This document shows positions 53,734 through 62,886 of a stretch of DNA of 64,000 nucleotides, piece after piece; the stretch's first letter is position 1, and the number at the start of each line of letters is the position of its first letter. The stretch comes from Candidatus Nitrospira kreftii (lineage in GTDB: Bacteria > Nitrospirota > Nitrospiria > Nitrospirales > Nitrospiraceae): positions 2,565,777-2,629,776 of the forward strand of contig CP047423.1 of NCBI GenBank assembly GCA_014058405.1, given 5' to 3'. The position numbers and the translations under genes are program-made. The notes under the pieces were generated by a model that was not told where the DNA came from, searched no databases, and saw nothing but the letters and a program-made list of their open reading frames with translations.

Positions 53734-55037
53734 GTCGCTTTCTTGGCCAACATCTCAAGCTGCTGCGCAGACGATGTCAAGCCGGCAGCTTGATCAATGT
53801 CTTGACGCAAATACCCATTGATCGCGTCCTGAGCGTCAACAGCACGATCAAGGACAGCATTCATCCCTGGTTTGTAGGCGCCGAGTAGAACCAAGTCTTC
53901 AGATTGTCGGTATCGAGCGACCAATTCCAGAAGCCGCCTGGCCGCATCGTAGTGTGAACGGTCGACGATATCCCTCATGACACGGCTGGTGCTTTGGAGC
54001 AGATCAATCGCGGGAAAATGATTGCGTGCCGCCAATGTCCGAGAGAGGACGATATGGCCATCTAAGATCGAACGAACCGTATCGGCGATTGGATCGTTCA
54101 GATCATCTCCATCGACGAGCACGGTGTACAGTCCGGTTATGGTGCCGGGGCCGGGTCCCGTTCCCACACGTTCCAGAAGCTTCGGCAAGAAGGCGAATAC
54201 CGAGGGAGTGTAGCCCTTTGTCGTCGGCGGTTCTCCGATCGCGAGCCCAACTTCTCGCTGACTGTAGGCCAATCGCGTCAATGAATCCATGAGCAATAAG
54301 ACTTGCTTTCCTGCATCACGAAAGTACTCGGCAATGGTCGTCGCCACCAGGGCAGCACGGAGCCTGATGAGCGGAGCCTGGTCGGAGGTTGCCACGACCA
54401 CGACAGAGCGTGAGAGCGCCTCAGGACCGAGATCGCGCTCTAAAAATTCGTTGACCTCTCGACCTCGTTCTCCGATCAGAGCAATGACATTCACATCCGC
54501 TTTTGTGTAGCGGCTGATCATCCCCAGTAGCACGCTTTTGCCGACACCAGAGCCGGAGAAAATTCCCATCTTTTGGCCACGACCACACGTAAGAAAGCCG
54601 TTGATCGCACGAACGCCAAGATCAAGCGGAGCTTGCACCCGGGATCGTTGCAAGGGGTTCGGAGCCTCGGCTTGAAGCGGGTACCTGGCAACCGTCGGTG
54701 GCGTGCCCTTGCCATCCAGCGGATTCCCGCATCCGTCGAGAACGCGTCCCAGTAGCCCTGGCCCGACAGCTAGGTTGGCGACGTGGCCTGTCATGGTAAT
54801 TCGACTCCCCGGCCCAATCCCTTGCATCTCTCCCAACGGCATCAGCAACACGCGATCCCCGCGGAACCCCACAACTTCCGCAGTGATCGGTCCATCACCG
54901 ACCTCCCGAGTAATCCGGCACAGCTCACCAACCGTCGTCATTGGCCCGTACCCTTCCACAACCATTCCCACCGCCTGCGCCACTCTTCCCGAAACTTCGA
55001 TGGAATCGATGTGTTCAATGATCTGACTAAGACTCAC
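53730..55037 (-). CDS. fliI: flagellum-specific ATPase FliI
   Basis: 435 aa with Walker A 'GSGVGKSVLLGM' and Walker B 'VLLLMDSLTR'. Confidence 0.95.
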   Translation of the reverse strand: MSLSQIIEHIDSIEVSGRVAQAVGMVVEGYGPMTTVGELCRITREVGDGPITAEVVGFRGDRVLLMPLGEMQGIGPGSRITMTGHVANLAVGPGLLGRVLDGCGNPLDGKGTPPTVARYPLQAEAPNPLQRSRVQAPLDLGVRAINGFLTCGRGQKMGIFSGSGVGKSVLLGMISRYTKADVNVIALIGERGREVNEFLERDLGPEALSRSVVVVATSDQAPLIRLRAALVATTIAEYFRDAGKQVLLLMDSLTRLAYSQREVGLAIGEPPTTKGYTPSVFAFLPKLLERVGTGPGPGTITGLYTVLVDGDDLNDPIADTVRSILDGHIVLSRTLAARNHFPAIDLLQSTSRVMRDIVDRSHYDAARRLLELVARYRQSEDLVLLGAYKPGMNAVLDRAVDAQDAINGYLRQDIDQAAGLTSSAQQLEMLAKKAT

Positions 55038-56052
55038 GATGGGTCCTGTTCCTCAAGGCGTCGCCCAACCGGAACAACTGCGTATCAAGGGACGCATCCA
55101 CCATTCTGGTACTGGTATGCACAAGGCAACTTCCACGTGGGAGCGAGGCCACCGGTTCGATAGTGAGCATCAGCGCGGTATCCCGTTTCCTTTCCAGGTC
55201 TTCTCGAACCGTCTCAAGGACAGCGGCATCCAGCGGATGCGCTTGTATCATTATCGCACCCGACTCTCGAACAGCCCCTAATGCATCCTTCACCTGTATG
55301 ACAATTTGCTCCCGATTCGACTCGGCCGACTCGTGAAGAATTTTTGAGACGATCTGAAGCGACAAGGCAATCACCTCATCCTCGACTGTCTGCTGTAATT
55401 TGGATCGAGCCACATCGAATTTCCTCGCCGCATCAATCAACACGGCTAGATCGTGTCGCCCCTCTTCTTCCATCCGCCGCTGCGCCTCCGCTACGCCGCG
55501 CTCGTATTCAGACGGACCGTCGTCCTGCGCCGCCGCACCGTCTTCCCCAAACGTCTGAAACGGAGAACTATGGAGCCGTACCATACCGGACCGAACCGCC
55601 GCATGCTTTAAGACGGTATTTTCAGTGCGCAACTGATGGAGTTCCAACAATCGTCGCACGGTGCTCAGCACGATTTCGGACTGGAACGGTTTGACCAAAA
55701 AGTCTATGGCGCCTGCCTTCATCGCGCGAACTGCGAGTTCAACCGTTCCCGCTCCTGTCATCACCACACCGATGATCCGACTATCAATCCTCTGGGCTTC
55801 CTCAAGGACCGTAATCCCATCTTGATCCGGCAGGAGAACATCGGCGATTAAGAGAGCCGGAGCCTGCTGCTTGACCATTGCGATCGCCTCCTGCCCGGAA
55901 CTGGCGACTCGAACAGATACTCGTTCCGGCCGAAACAGTTCAAGAAACAGGTTGCGAATCCCCGCTTCATCATCGACGATGAGGATCGTCCCCTGCACTC
56001 GAGCAAGTTCATGTTCGCGAAACGTTTCCGTTGATATCGCCGAACCCTTCAC
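55027..56052 (-). CDS. fliH: FliH fused to an N-terminal response-regulator receiver domain
   Basis: 341 aa. REC signatures are 'ILIVDDE', 'LLIADVLLPDQDG', 'VVMTGAG' and 'DFLVKP'. The C-terminal half, 'EVIALSLQIVSKIL...IMIQAHPLDAAVL...GSCLVHTSTRMVDASLDTQL', is FliH-like. The gene sits in the fliG-fliI slot. Confidence 0.7.
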   Translation of the reverse strand: MKGSAISTETFREHELARVQGTILIVDDEAGIRNLFLELFRPERVSVRVASSGQEAIAMVKQQAPALLIADVLLPDQDGITVLEEAQRIDSRIIGVVMTGAGTVELAVRAMKAGAIDFLVKPFQSEIVLSTVRRLLELHQLRTENTVLKHAAVRSGMVRLHSSPFQTFGEDGAAAQDDGPSEYERGVAEAQRRMEEEGRHDLAVLIDAARKFDVARSKLQQTVEDEVIALSLQIVSKILHESAESNREQIVIQVKDALGAVRESGAIMIQAHPLDAAVLETVREDLERKRDTALMLTIEPVASLPRGSCLVHTSTRMVDASLDTQLFRLGDALRNRTHRES

Positions 56053-57086
56053 TACAACATCTCCTCTCCTACGCCGGCGATCACGATACGGCCCTCCTCT
56101 TCGAGTTTTCGGCAGACCTTGAGGATATTCTGTTGAGCTCGTTCGACATCCGAAACCTTGACCGGTCCCCGTGCCTCCATATCATCTTTCAACATTTCGG
56201 CGGCACGACTGGACATATTTTTGAAAAATTTCTCTTTCACGTCGGGATTGGCGCCGCGCAGTGCAACCGGGAGGTCATCTTTGCTGATCTCTTTCATCAA
56301 TTCTTGCATCCCTCGGTCATCGACTTTCACGATGTCGTCAAACACAAACATGAGCGCACGAATATTATCGGCGAGGGTTTGGCTTTTTTCAGAAATTCTG
56401 GTCATGATCCCGCCTTCATTCGTCTTGTCCATCCGCATCAAGATATTGGCGATGACTTCGGCCCCGCCGACGCTATGCGCTCCCATTTCTTTGCTTAACA
56501 AGAGGGTTTCTTGTAATGTTTCACTCAATTCCTCAAGGACATCCGGCTGAACTTCCTCCATCGTGGCAAGCCGAAGCGCCACATCTCCTCGCATGTCCTC
56601 CGGCAGCGCAGACAACACTTGCCCGGCTTGGTCGCTCTCCAAATGGGCGAGAATCACTGCGACCGTTTGTGCATGCTCGACCTTCAACATTTGAGTCAGG
56701 GTTTTCACGTCCACCCATTTCAACGCTTCCAGACCAGGATAGCTTTTCTGCGTCATCGATTCGATGATCCGCGCCGCCTTGTCCGGTCCCAGTGCCTTGG
56801 TCAACACCGTCTTGATGAATTCTTTTCCCTGAAACTGAACTCCCCCTGTTGCACTCGCCGTTTGAAAATCCGAAATGACCGCTTCTTCTTCGTCTCGTGA
56901 GATCTGCGCCGTCCCGCTCATGAAGCTTCCCAATTTCTTGATTTCTTTCGGGTCAAGTTGCTTCATAACTTGGGCGGCGGCCTCTTCACCGATGGCGCGA
57001 AGGAGAATAGCCGCTTTCTGTTCGCCCGTCAGATTCTTTGCCATCTCTACGTTAGGTCGGATTCTTGAGCCACTGTTTGACGACAA
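56052..57086 (-). CDS. fliG: rotor switch protein FliG
   Basis: 344 aa with 'LTGEQKAAILLRAIGEE' and 'MFVFDDI'. The start is likely the internal ATG at 57044 ('MAKNLTGEQK'). Confidence 0.95.
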   Translation of the reverse strand: MSSNSGSRIRPNVEMAKNLTGEQKAAILLRAIGEEAAAQVMKQLDPKEIKKLGSFMSGTAQISRDEEEAVISDFQTASATGGVQFQGKEFIKTVLTKALGPDKAARIIESMTQKSYPGLEALKWVDVKTLTQMLKVEHAQTVAVILAHLESDQAGQVLSALPEDMRGDVALRLATMEEVQPDVLEELSETLQETLLLSKEMGAHSVGGAEVIANILMRMDKTNEGGIMTRISEKSQTLADNIRALMFVFDDIVKVDDRGMQELMKEISKDDLPVALRGANPDVKEKFFKNMSSRAAEMLKDDMEARGPVKVSDVERAQQNILKVCRKLEEEGRIVIAGVGEEML

Positions 57087-58617
57087 CGGCAGTCGTATCA
57101 GGATTTTTTCGGGCCATGTCGATGATCTGTGCCCGGTCCGGGGCGTGTGTTAACGACGCCTCTGGCATCCCAGCCCGACCAGGGAGTGCAGAAACCGATG
57201 CTTCGGCCTGCATGTGCTCGGTCGTCGATCCCAACATCGCCAACAGCGGACGGACGACAAACAGGAGAATCACGGTGAACAGAAGGATTCCTACACCATA
57301 GCGAAGATAGGGCAACCACGCTTTGTGACCCTCCGCAGCCGCTTCTGCCACCATACCTTGTGGCTCATCTGGTCCCGTCCCAAATTGAACATTGACCACT
57401 TGCACCTGATCCTGCCGCTCAGCTGAAAATCCCATTGCCTTTTTGACGATGTCTTCGATTCGTTTTAAGTCCTCTTCCGAACGCGGAATATATTTGCGCG
57501 TCGCGGCTGGCGCGTCTGTTGGGTCTCCCTCACCAGCTTTACTAGGTTCATACATGCCGTCGACCAGAACGGCCACGGAAAGTTGCTTGATCACACCAAC
57601 CGGCTCCACAATCTTCGAGACGGTTCGACTGATCTCGTAATTCACGGTCTCATTCTTCGTTTGACTGTTGTTTGAACTCGTTTGCGCAGGCTCCTGGTCT
57701 GTCCCTGGCGGCACGTTCGACTCGACCCCCGGTACTCCACCACCGACCCCGTTGGTGCCGTTGGCTTTTTCTTGTCCACGCTGTTCACTTCTCACCACTT
57801 GACTATTCGGGTCATAGCGCTCTTCCGTCGTCTCTACCTTACGAAAATCTACGAGACTGGACACGCGCACCACCGCCTTGTTCGGTCCCACGATCCGCTC
57901 CACCATCGTTTGAATACGTGTCTCCACATCTTTCTCGACACTGCGTTGATAATCCAGCTGCGCGTTGGTTAAGCCGGACGATTCATCCGTCACCGTCGCC
58001 GACAACATACGGCCATGCCCATCCACGATGGTCACATCCCGAGCCTGTAACCCTTCCACACTGCTCGACACGAGGTGAATCACCCCCTGCACTTGTGCTT
58101 GACCCAGTTGTTGTCCATTACGAAGCGTCAAAATGACCGATGCGCGCGCTTTTTCCTGCTCACTCGCGAACAGTCGCCGTTCTGGGATGGCGAGATGGAC
58201 CCGAGCCCGTTCTACCTCCGGCATCTGTGCAATGGTCCTCGCCAACTCACCCTGTAGCGCTCGACGATAGTTGAGTTTTTGGACAAATTCCGACATGCCG
58301 ATCGAGGTTCGATCAAAAATCTCAAATCCAACCCCGCCTCCGTGCGGAAGCCCTTGTGTCGCAAGTTGGAGCCGTAAATCGTGGACCTGTTCGCTCGGCA
58401 CGAGGACGGTCGCCCCACCACCGGTGGTTTCGTACGGCACCTTGGTCTCTTTAAGCTTGTCGATGATAGCCGCAGCATCCTCACTCCCCAGGTTTGTGAA
58501 CAGCACCTGCATGTCTGGCTGCTGAGTCCAGAGCGTAAGGGCAATGAGACCAGCAACGGACCCCGCCAAGGCAACGAGGATGATCATCCGTTGATTGATA
58601 GTGAACTTAGACAGCAT
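57052..58617 (-). CDS. fliF: MS-ring protein FliF
   Basis: 521 aa with 'VLFTNLGSEDAAAIIDKLKETKVPYE' and 'RARVHLAIPE'. Confidence 0.95.
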   Translation of the reverse strand: MLSKFTINQRMIILVALAGSVAGLIALTLWTQQPDMQVLFTNLGSEDAAAIIDKLKETKVPYETTGGGATVLVPSEQVHDLRLQLATQGLPHGGGVGFEIFDRTSIGMSEFVQKLNYRRALQGELARTIAQMPEVERARVHLAIPERRLFASEQEKARASVILTLRNGQQLGQAQVQGVIHLVSSSVEGLQARDVTIVDGHGRMLSATVTDESSGLTNAQLDYQRSVEKDVETRIQTMVERIVGPNKAVVRVSSLVDFRKVETTEERYDPNSQVVRSEQRGQEKANGTNGVGGGVPGVESNVPPGTDQEPAQTSSNNSQTKNETVNYEISRTVSKIVEPVGVIKQLSVAVLVDGMYEPSKAGEGDPTDAPAATRKYIPRSEEDLKRIEDIVKKAMGFSAERQDQVQVVNVQFGTGPDEPQGMVAEAAAEGHKAWLPYLRYGVGILLFTVILLFVVRPLLAMLGSTTEHMQAEASVSALPGRAGMPEASLTHAPDRAQIIDMARKNPDTTAVVVKQWLKNPT

Positions 58618-58649
58618 ACCGGCCTCGCACCCTCATTGTACCCGTTGAA

Positions 58650-58961
58650 TCAAATCTGCATCCGTTGAATTTCTTCATATGCCGCAACCAGCTTGTTTCT
58701 GATCTGCATCATAAGTTGAAACGACACGTCTGCCTCCTGGAGAGCGACCATCGTGCGATGAATATCCTGCGTTTCGCCCGTCATCAAGGCATCAACCGCC
58801 TTGCCGGCTTCTATTTTCGCATCATTCACGGACCCGATGGCCGATTTGAGGGAGTCCAAGAACCCGGATGTCCCTGAGGTGCTGGCGCCTCTTACCGACC
58901 CTGATGGCGCCACATCGGTGATGGGCGCGATACCGGATGTCACACCATACAGCTGACTCAT
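58650..58961 (-). CDS. fliE: FliE
   Basis: 103 aa with 'DIHRTMVALQEADVSFQLMMQIRNKLVAAYEEI'. Confidence 0.9.
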   Translation of the reverse strand: MSQLYGVTSGIAPITDVAPSGSVRGASTSGTSGFLDSLKSAIGSVNDAKIEAGKAVDALMTGETQDIHRTMVALQEADVSFQLMMQIRNKLVAAYEEIQRMQI

Positions 58962-58963
58962 CT

Positions 58964-59416
58964 CTACCTCCCGATCTCAAGCGCCTTATTCCACATGGCG
59001 CGCGTCGCGTTGATCGCTTGCACATTGGCTTCGTAGGCCCGTGATGCCCCGATCATGTTCACCATCTCTTCCATGACGTTGACGTTTGGAAGACGGACGA
59101 ACCCTTTGAGATTAGCATCCGGATGGTGCGGATCATAAATCAGTTGTCCTGGTTTGGAATCTTCCACCACTCTCGCCACAGAGACTCCTTCAAGTGCATG
59201 AGAGGTAGCCCCCGCAGCGATCTGACGGAAGGCCCGCTGAAACGAGCTCGGAACCGCAGTTGAACGAAAGACGACGTCTCGACGTTTATACGGCCCACCA
59301 GTAGGGGTCTTCGTCGACTGCGCGTTCGCCAGATTGCTGGCGATAACATTGAGTCGCCGCCGTTGAGCATCTAAACCGGACACCGATATTGCAAGACTGT
59401 CGGACATCTCCATCAT
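58964..59416 (-). CDS. flgC: proximal rod protein FlgC
   Basis: 150 aa with 'LAISVSGLDAQRRRLNVIASNLANAQST' and 'VNVMEEMVNMIGASRAYEAN'. Confidence 0.95.
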   Translation of the reverse strand: MMEMSDSLAISVSGLDAQRRRLNVIASNLANAQSTKTPTGGPYKRRDVVFRSTAVPSSFQRAFRQIAAGATSHALEGVSVARVVEDSKPGQLIYDPHHPDANLKGFVRLPNVNVMEEMVNMIGASRAYEANVQAINATRAMWNKALEIGR

Positions 59417-59557
59417 GGTCCTCCGTGAAAATAGGTTATTCGGCTACACGTTCCGTTCTTCGTATCTCGTATCAAGCAAACAAAGATGAACTGAGCCCCT
59501 TTCCCTTCTTGCGCTTCACGAGATGCGCTTCACACTTCACAATGCTGAACCGTGTCT

Positions 59558-59992
59558 CTAGCGTGCATCTCGTATGGCGCTCAATAACCCTCGAAACTTG
59601 GCGGCCAGTATCGTGGCGGCCGCGTTATACTGCATCGCGTTCTCGGAGAGCTTGGCCATCTCCAGCTCAAGATTGACGGAGTTGGCGTCGAGCGGGAGAT
59701 CGCCTGCTGGCACTTCGGCGAGTTTTCCCGTCACTGCTTGGATCCCATGAGAACCACGTACCCCGAAATGCCGTGATTGAGTCGCCGCCAACACGATCGG
59801 AAGACGGCCTTTCTGCGCAGACTGCAATTGGTCCATGAATGTCAATTCTGAGGCGCGATAGCCTGGAGTTTCCTCATTGGCTAAGTTCGAAGCGATCACC
59901 CGCTGCCGGGCGCTGCGAAGATCAAGCGTCCGTTCGAGCAACCGCATGGTTTTGTCAAAGATGGTCATCGCCGCGTATCCCTTCTCCCGCAC
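59558..59992 (-). CDS. flgB: proximal rod protein FlgB
   Basis: Contains 'LRSARQRVIASNLANEETPGYRA'. The track start is a GTG. The ATG at 59968 ('MTIFDK', GAAGGGA RBS) is the more likely start. Confidence 0.9.
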   Translation of the reverse strand: MREKGYAAMTIFDKTMRLLERTLDLRSARQRVIASNLANEETPGYRASELTFMDQLQSAQKGRLPIVLAATQSRHFGVRGSHGIQAVTGKLAEVPAGDLPLDANSVNLELEMAKLSENAMQYNAAATILAAKFRGLLSAIRDAR

Positions 59993-60029
59993 AACGCCGG
60001 GTCATCTGCACATCTATGCAACACCAATC

Positions 60030-60045
60030 TGCAACACTAATGCCT
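60030..60045 (-). promoter_or_regulatory. sigma-54 -24/-12 promoter upstream of flgB
   Basis: The minus strand reads AGGCAT-TAGTG-TTGCA (GG-N10-GC). It lies directly downstream of the sigma-54 activator gene and 40-60 nt upstream of flgB. Confidence 0.5.
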
Positions 60046-60179
60046 GACTCAACACTTCACTCGTACCAAGATCAGCTTCCGACACCGGCCTTAGGCTCTG
60101 TCCCATGCCCTCTTTGAGTTCCCCGTTGACCTGAAGCACTGCCTGGCACAATCTTGCCGATCGGCACTTTTTGCCTCGC

Positions 60180-61592
60180 TCATGACATCGGAATGGACAA
60201 TGGCCGTTCGCACTCACGATATTCTCGCAGCTTGTTTCGCAATGTGCGGATGCTGATCCCCAGTTCTTTCGCCGCGTGCGTGCGATTGTCTTTCACACGA
60301 GCGAGTGTCTTAAAAATCAGCTCTCGTTCCATCTCCCACAATGAACCGTTGGCAGGTTGTTGGGGACGGACTGGCTGTCCCACCGTTGGGTCGCACGGTT
60401 CCGCTGGACAATGTTCTGGAAGGATTGCTCCATCTCCCGCCAGCAAGACCGCTCGTTCCATCACATTCTCTAATTCGCGTACATTTCCCTTCCAGGCCAA
60501 CCGTTGCAGATGTGCCAGTGCGTCTTCCGACAACGTCGGTGGCGTGAGCCCGTTTCTGAGTGCCGATTGAGTCGAAAAATTCCGGGCAAGCAGGGGAATA
60601 TCAATTGCGCGTTCACGAAGCGGTGGAACGGTGATGGGGAACACATTGAGGCGATAATATAGATCTTCTCGAAAGCGGCCAGCTTCGACCTCACGATACA
60701 GCGCCCTATTGGTCGTGGCGATCACGCGAATATTGACGGGAACCGGATCGCGCCCACCAATCCGATCCACCTCACGTTCTTGGAGCACACGCAGCAGCTT
60801 CGCTTGAAGAGGCAGATTCATCTCACTGATTTCATCGAGAAGCAGTGTGCCCGTGTGGGCCATTTCGAACTTGCCGATTTTTCGGATCAGGGCACCGGTG
60901 AAGGCTCCGCGTTCATGCCCGAACAGTTCACTCTCCAGCAGGCCATCCGGTAGTGCGGCACAATTGACAGCGATAAACGGCCGATGGGCCCGCGGGCTTC
61001 TGGCATGGATAAACCGAGCCAGAAGCTCTTTACCCGTTCCGCTTTCCCCATGAATCAACACCGTAGCCTGGCTTGCGGCTACGCCCTCGATCGTACTTAA
61101 GAGTCTGACCATTCCTGGGTCCTGGGTTAAAATGGCCCGGCTTTCTGTCGATTGAACAGGTGGACCGGCAGGGAGACCTTCTTCTCGTCCCGCCTTGAGA
61201 CTCACCATCATGCGCTCTAGGACATCCATGGAAAATGGTTTGAGCAGGTACTCGCTCGCGCCAAGCTTCATGGCCTCCACGGCCGTTTCGATCGTCCCAT
61301 ACGCCGTCATGAGAACAATCGTGACCTGCGGCGCACGCGACCTGATCTCCTTGATCAAGTCAAGACCACTCAGCCGCGGCATCCTGAGGTCAGTCAGCAC
61401 CAACCATGGACGAAACCGGACGAGGCGCTCCATGGCATCGCACCCGTCGATCGCTCCTTGGACCACATACCCGAGTCTCTTGACCGTCTCCATCAACGCA
61501 GTTCGCATCGAGGGGTCATCGTCGACGATCAGAACGCGTTCGCTTTCGTCGTGATGGTCCACCGGAAGGCCGTTCTTCTCACGTTCATTCAT
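60180..61592 (-). CDS. fleR: sigma-54-dependent response regulator (FleR/FlrC/FlgR type)
   Basis: 470 aa. REC '[11 protein letters not shown]...LVLTDLRMP'; AAA+ 'GESGTGKE'; 'GAFTGA'; C-terminal Fis-type HTH '[16 protein letters not shown]'. The symbol is assigned by analogy. Confidence 0.8.
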   Translation of the reverse strand: MNEREKNGLPVDHHDESERVLIVDDDPSMRTALMETVKRLGYVVQGAIDGCDAMERLVRFRPWLVLTDLRMPRLSGLDLIKEIRSRAPQVTIVLMTAYGTIETAVEAMKLGASEYLLKPFSMDVLERMMVSLKAGREEGLPAGPPVQSTESRAILTQDPGMVRLLSTIEGVAASQATVLIHGESGTGKELLARFIHARSPRAHRPFIAVNCAALPDGLLESELFGHERGAFTGALIRKIGKFEMAHTGTLLLDEISEMNLPLQAKLLRVLQEREVDRIGGRDPVPVNIRVIATTNRALYREVEAGRFREDLYYRLNVFPITVPPLRERAIDIPLLARNFSTQSALRNGLTPPTLSEDALAHLQRLAWKGNVRELENVMERAVLLAGDGAILPEHCPAEPCDPTVGQPVRPQQPANGSLWEMERELIFKTLARVKDNRTHAAKELGISIRTLRNKLREYRECERPLSIPMS

Positions 61593-62886
61593 GGAGCCAC
61601 TCCTCTACTAATGCCAACTCGCAGTTACTATGCTTGTCCTCATCTGATTCGCCTGCTTTCCTCTCCGAGACCTGAATCTCGCCTGAGGCTGACACCATTG
61701 GAGGATGCGGCAGGAGGATGGTGAACGTCGTGCCTTGCCCGATGGTGCTGTGGACATCGATCCGTCCTTGGTGGGCATCGACGATTGAATAGACGATTGC
61801 GAGGCCAAGGCCTGTTCCCTCATCCTTTGTCGTAAAGAACGGGTCAAACACACGTGACCGATGATCCGGGTCAATACCTATACCGGAATCTCGCACAGTC
61901 AGCCGAACGGAGGGTGTTCCAAGCATCTGCGGCAGTTCTTTTTGTAGACTGATCGTCAAGACACCTCCGCTGGGCATGGCCTGAACGGCATTGACAACGA
62001 GGTTCAAGATGACTTGCTTCAATTGCCCATCGTGACACCAGAGCGAAGAAATATCCGGATCGATGTCCACGCGAATCTCTATCGGCACTTTCGTGATCGC
62101 ATGAGCCCCCAACGTGATGGAATCATGAATTAACGGCGCGGATAAGTGCCATCCACGAGCCATAGGCGCCGGTCTCGTGTACAGCAGGAGATTAGCGAGT
62201 AATCGATCCATCGATTGGACGGCCTGTGATATCTGCTCAGCATAGCGCTTGGCAGGCAAATTACTGGTAAGGTCTCGCTGAAGCAGAGAGGCAAAAAGCT
62301 CGACACTACCCAATGGGTTTCTGATTTCATGAGCGATCCGACCAATGAGTTCCCCCATTGCGGCGAGTCGATCCTTGCGCTGCAATTGCTCTTCAAGCTG
62401 GTAGATACGAGTGACATCTTGAATCAAAATCAGCCGACTGGAACCGCCGCTTGAATCTTTCCGTAGCGGCACCTGACTGATTGAGACCACGGTCTGCCCA
62501 AGGCGTTGAGGCCGATCACACACGCTCAGACCCAGACCGATGAGCACCTCCGACGCCACGCGGTCGCACAGTTTCACCTCAGTAGCACCGAACATTGTCT
62601 CCGCGGCCAGATTGCTGCGGGTAATCACCTCATGCTCATCGACTACCAACACTCCCGTGGATAATGATTCAAGAATACCATTGAGATGCATCCGCATCGC
62701 CTCATTCTCGCAAAGCTGTCGACGGAGCGCTTCATTGCTGTGCGCCAGCTCGACATCCATCTGCTCCACACGTGCCGTCAACGCAGTATAGGACTGTTGC
62801 AGTGTCTGCGCGGCTTCATCAAAACTCCTGAACGCTGCCTGGAGCAGGTCACGTTCCTCCGGCTGCCCTGTCGTCGCGGTCGTCAT
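61585..62886 (-). CDS. fleS: PAS sensor histidine kinase (FleS/FlrB/FlgS type)
   Basis: 433 aa with H-box 'AHEIRNPLGS' and the HATPase segment 'DSGIGIDP...GTGLGLAIV'. It overlaps the regulator gene by 8 nt. The symbol is assigned by analogy. Confidence 0.75.
   Translation of the reverse strand: MTTATTGQPEERDLLQAAFRSFDEAAQTLQQSYTALTARVEQMDVELAHSNEALRRQLCENEAMRMHLNGILESLSTGVLVVDEHEVITRSNLAAETMFGATEVKLCDRVASEVLIGLGLSVCDRPQRLGQTVVSISQVPLRKDSSGGSSRLILIQDVTRIYQLEEQLQRKDRLAAMGELIGRIAHEIRNPLGSVELFASLLQRDLTSNLPAKRYAEQISQAVQSMDRLLANLLLYTRPAPMARGWHLSAPLIHDSITLGAHAITKVPIEIRVDIDPDISSLWCHDGQLKQVILNLVVNAVQAMPSGGVLTISLQKELPQMLGTPSVRLTVRDSGIGIDPDHRSRVFDPFFTTKDEGTGLGLAIVYSIVDAHQGRIDVHSTIGQGTTFTILLPHPPMVSASGEIQVSERKAGESDEDKHSNCELALVEEWLHE

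Noticed and set aside
60144-60158. Plus-strand TGGCAC-aatc-TTGC resembling a sigma-54 promoter
   Set aside because: The spacing is GG-N9-GC rather than N10. It also points into the antisense of the fleR gene with no downstream plus-strand gene.
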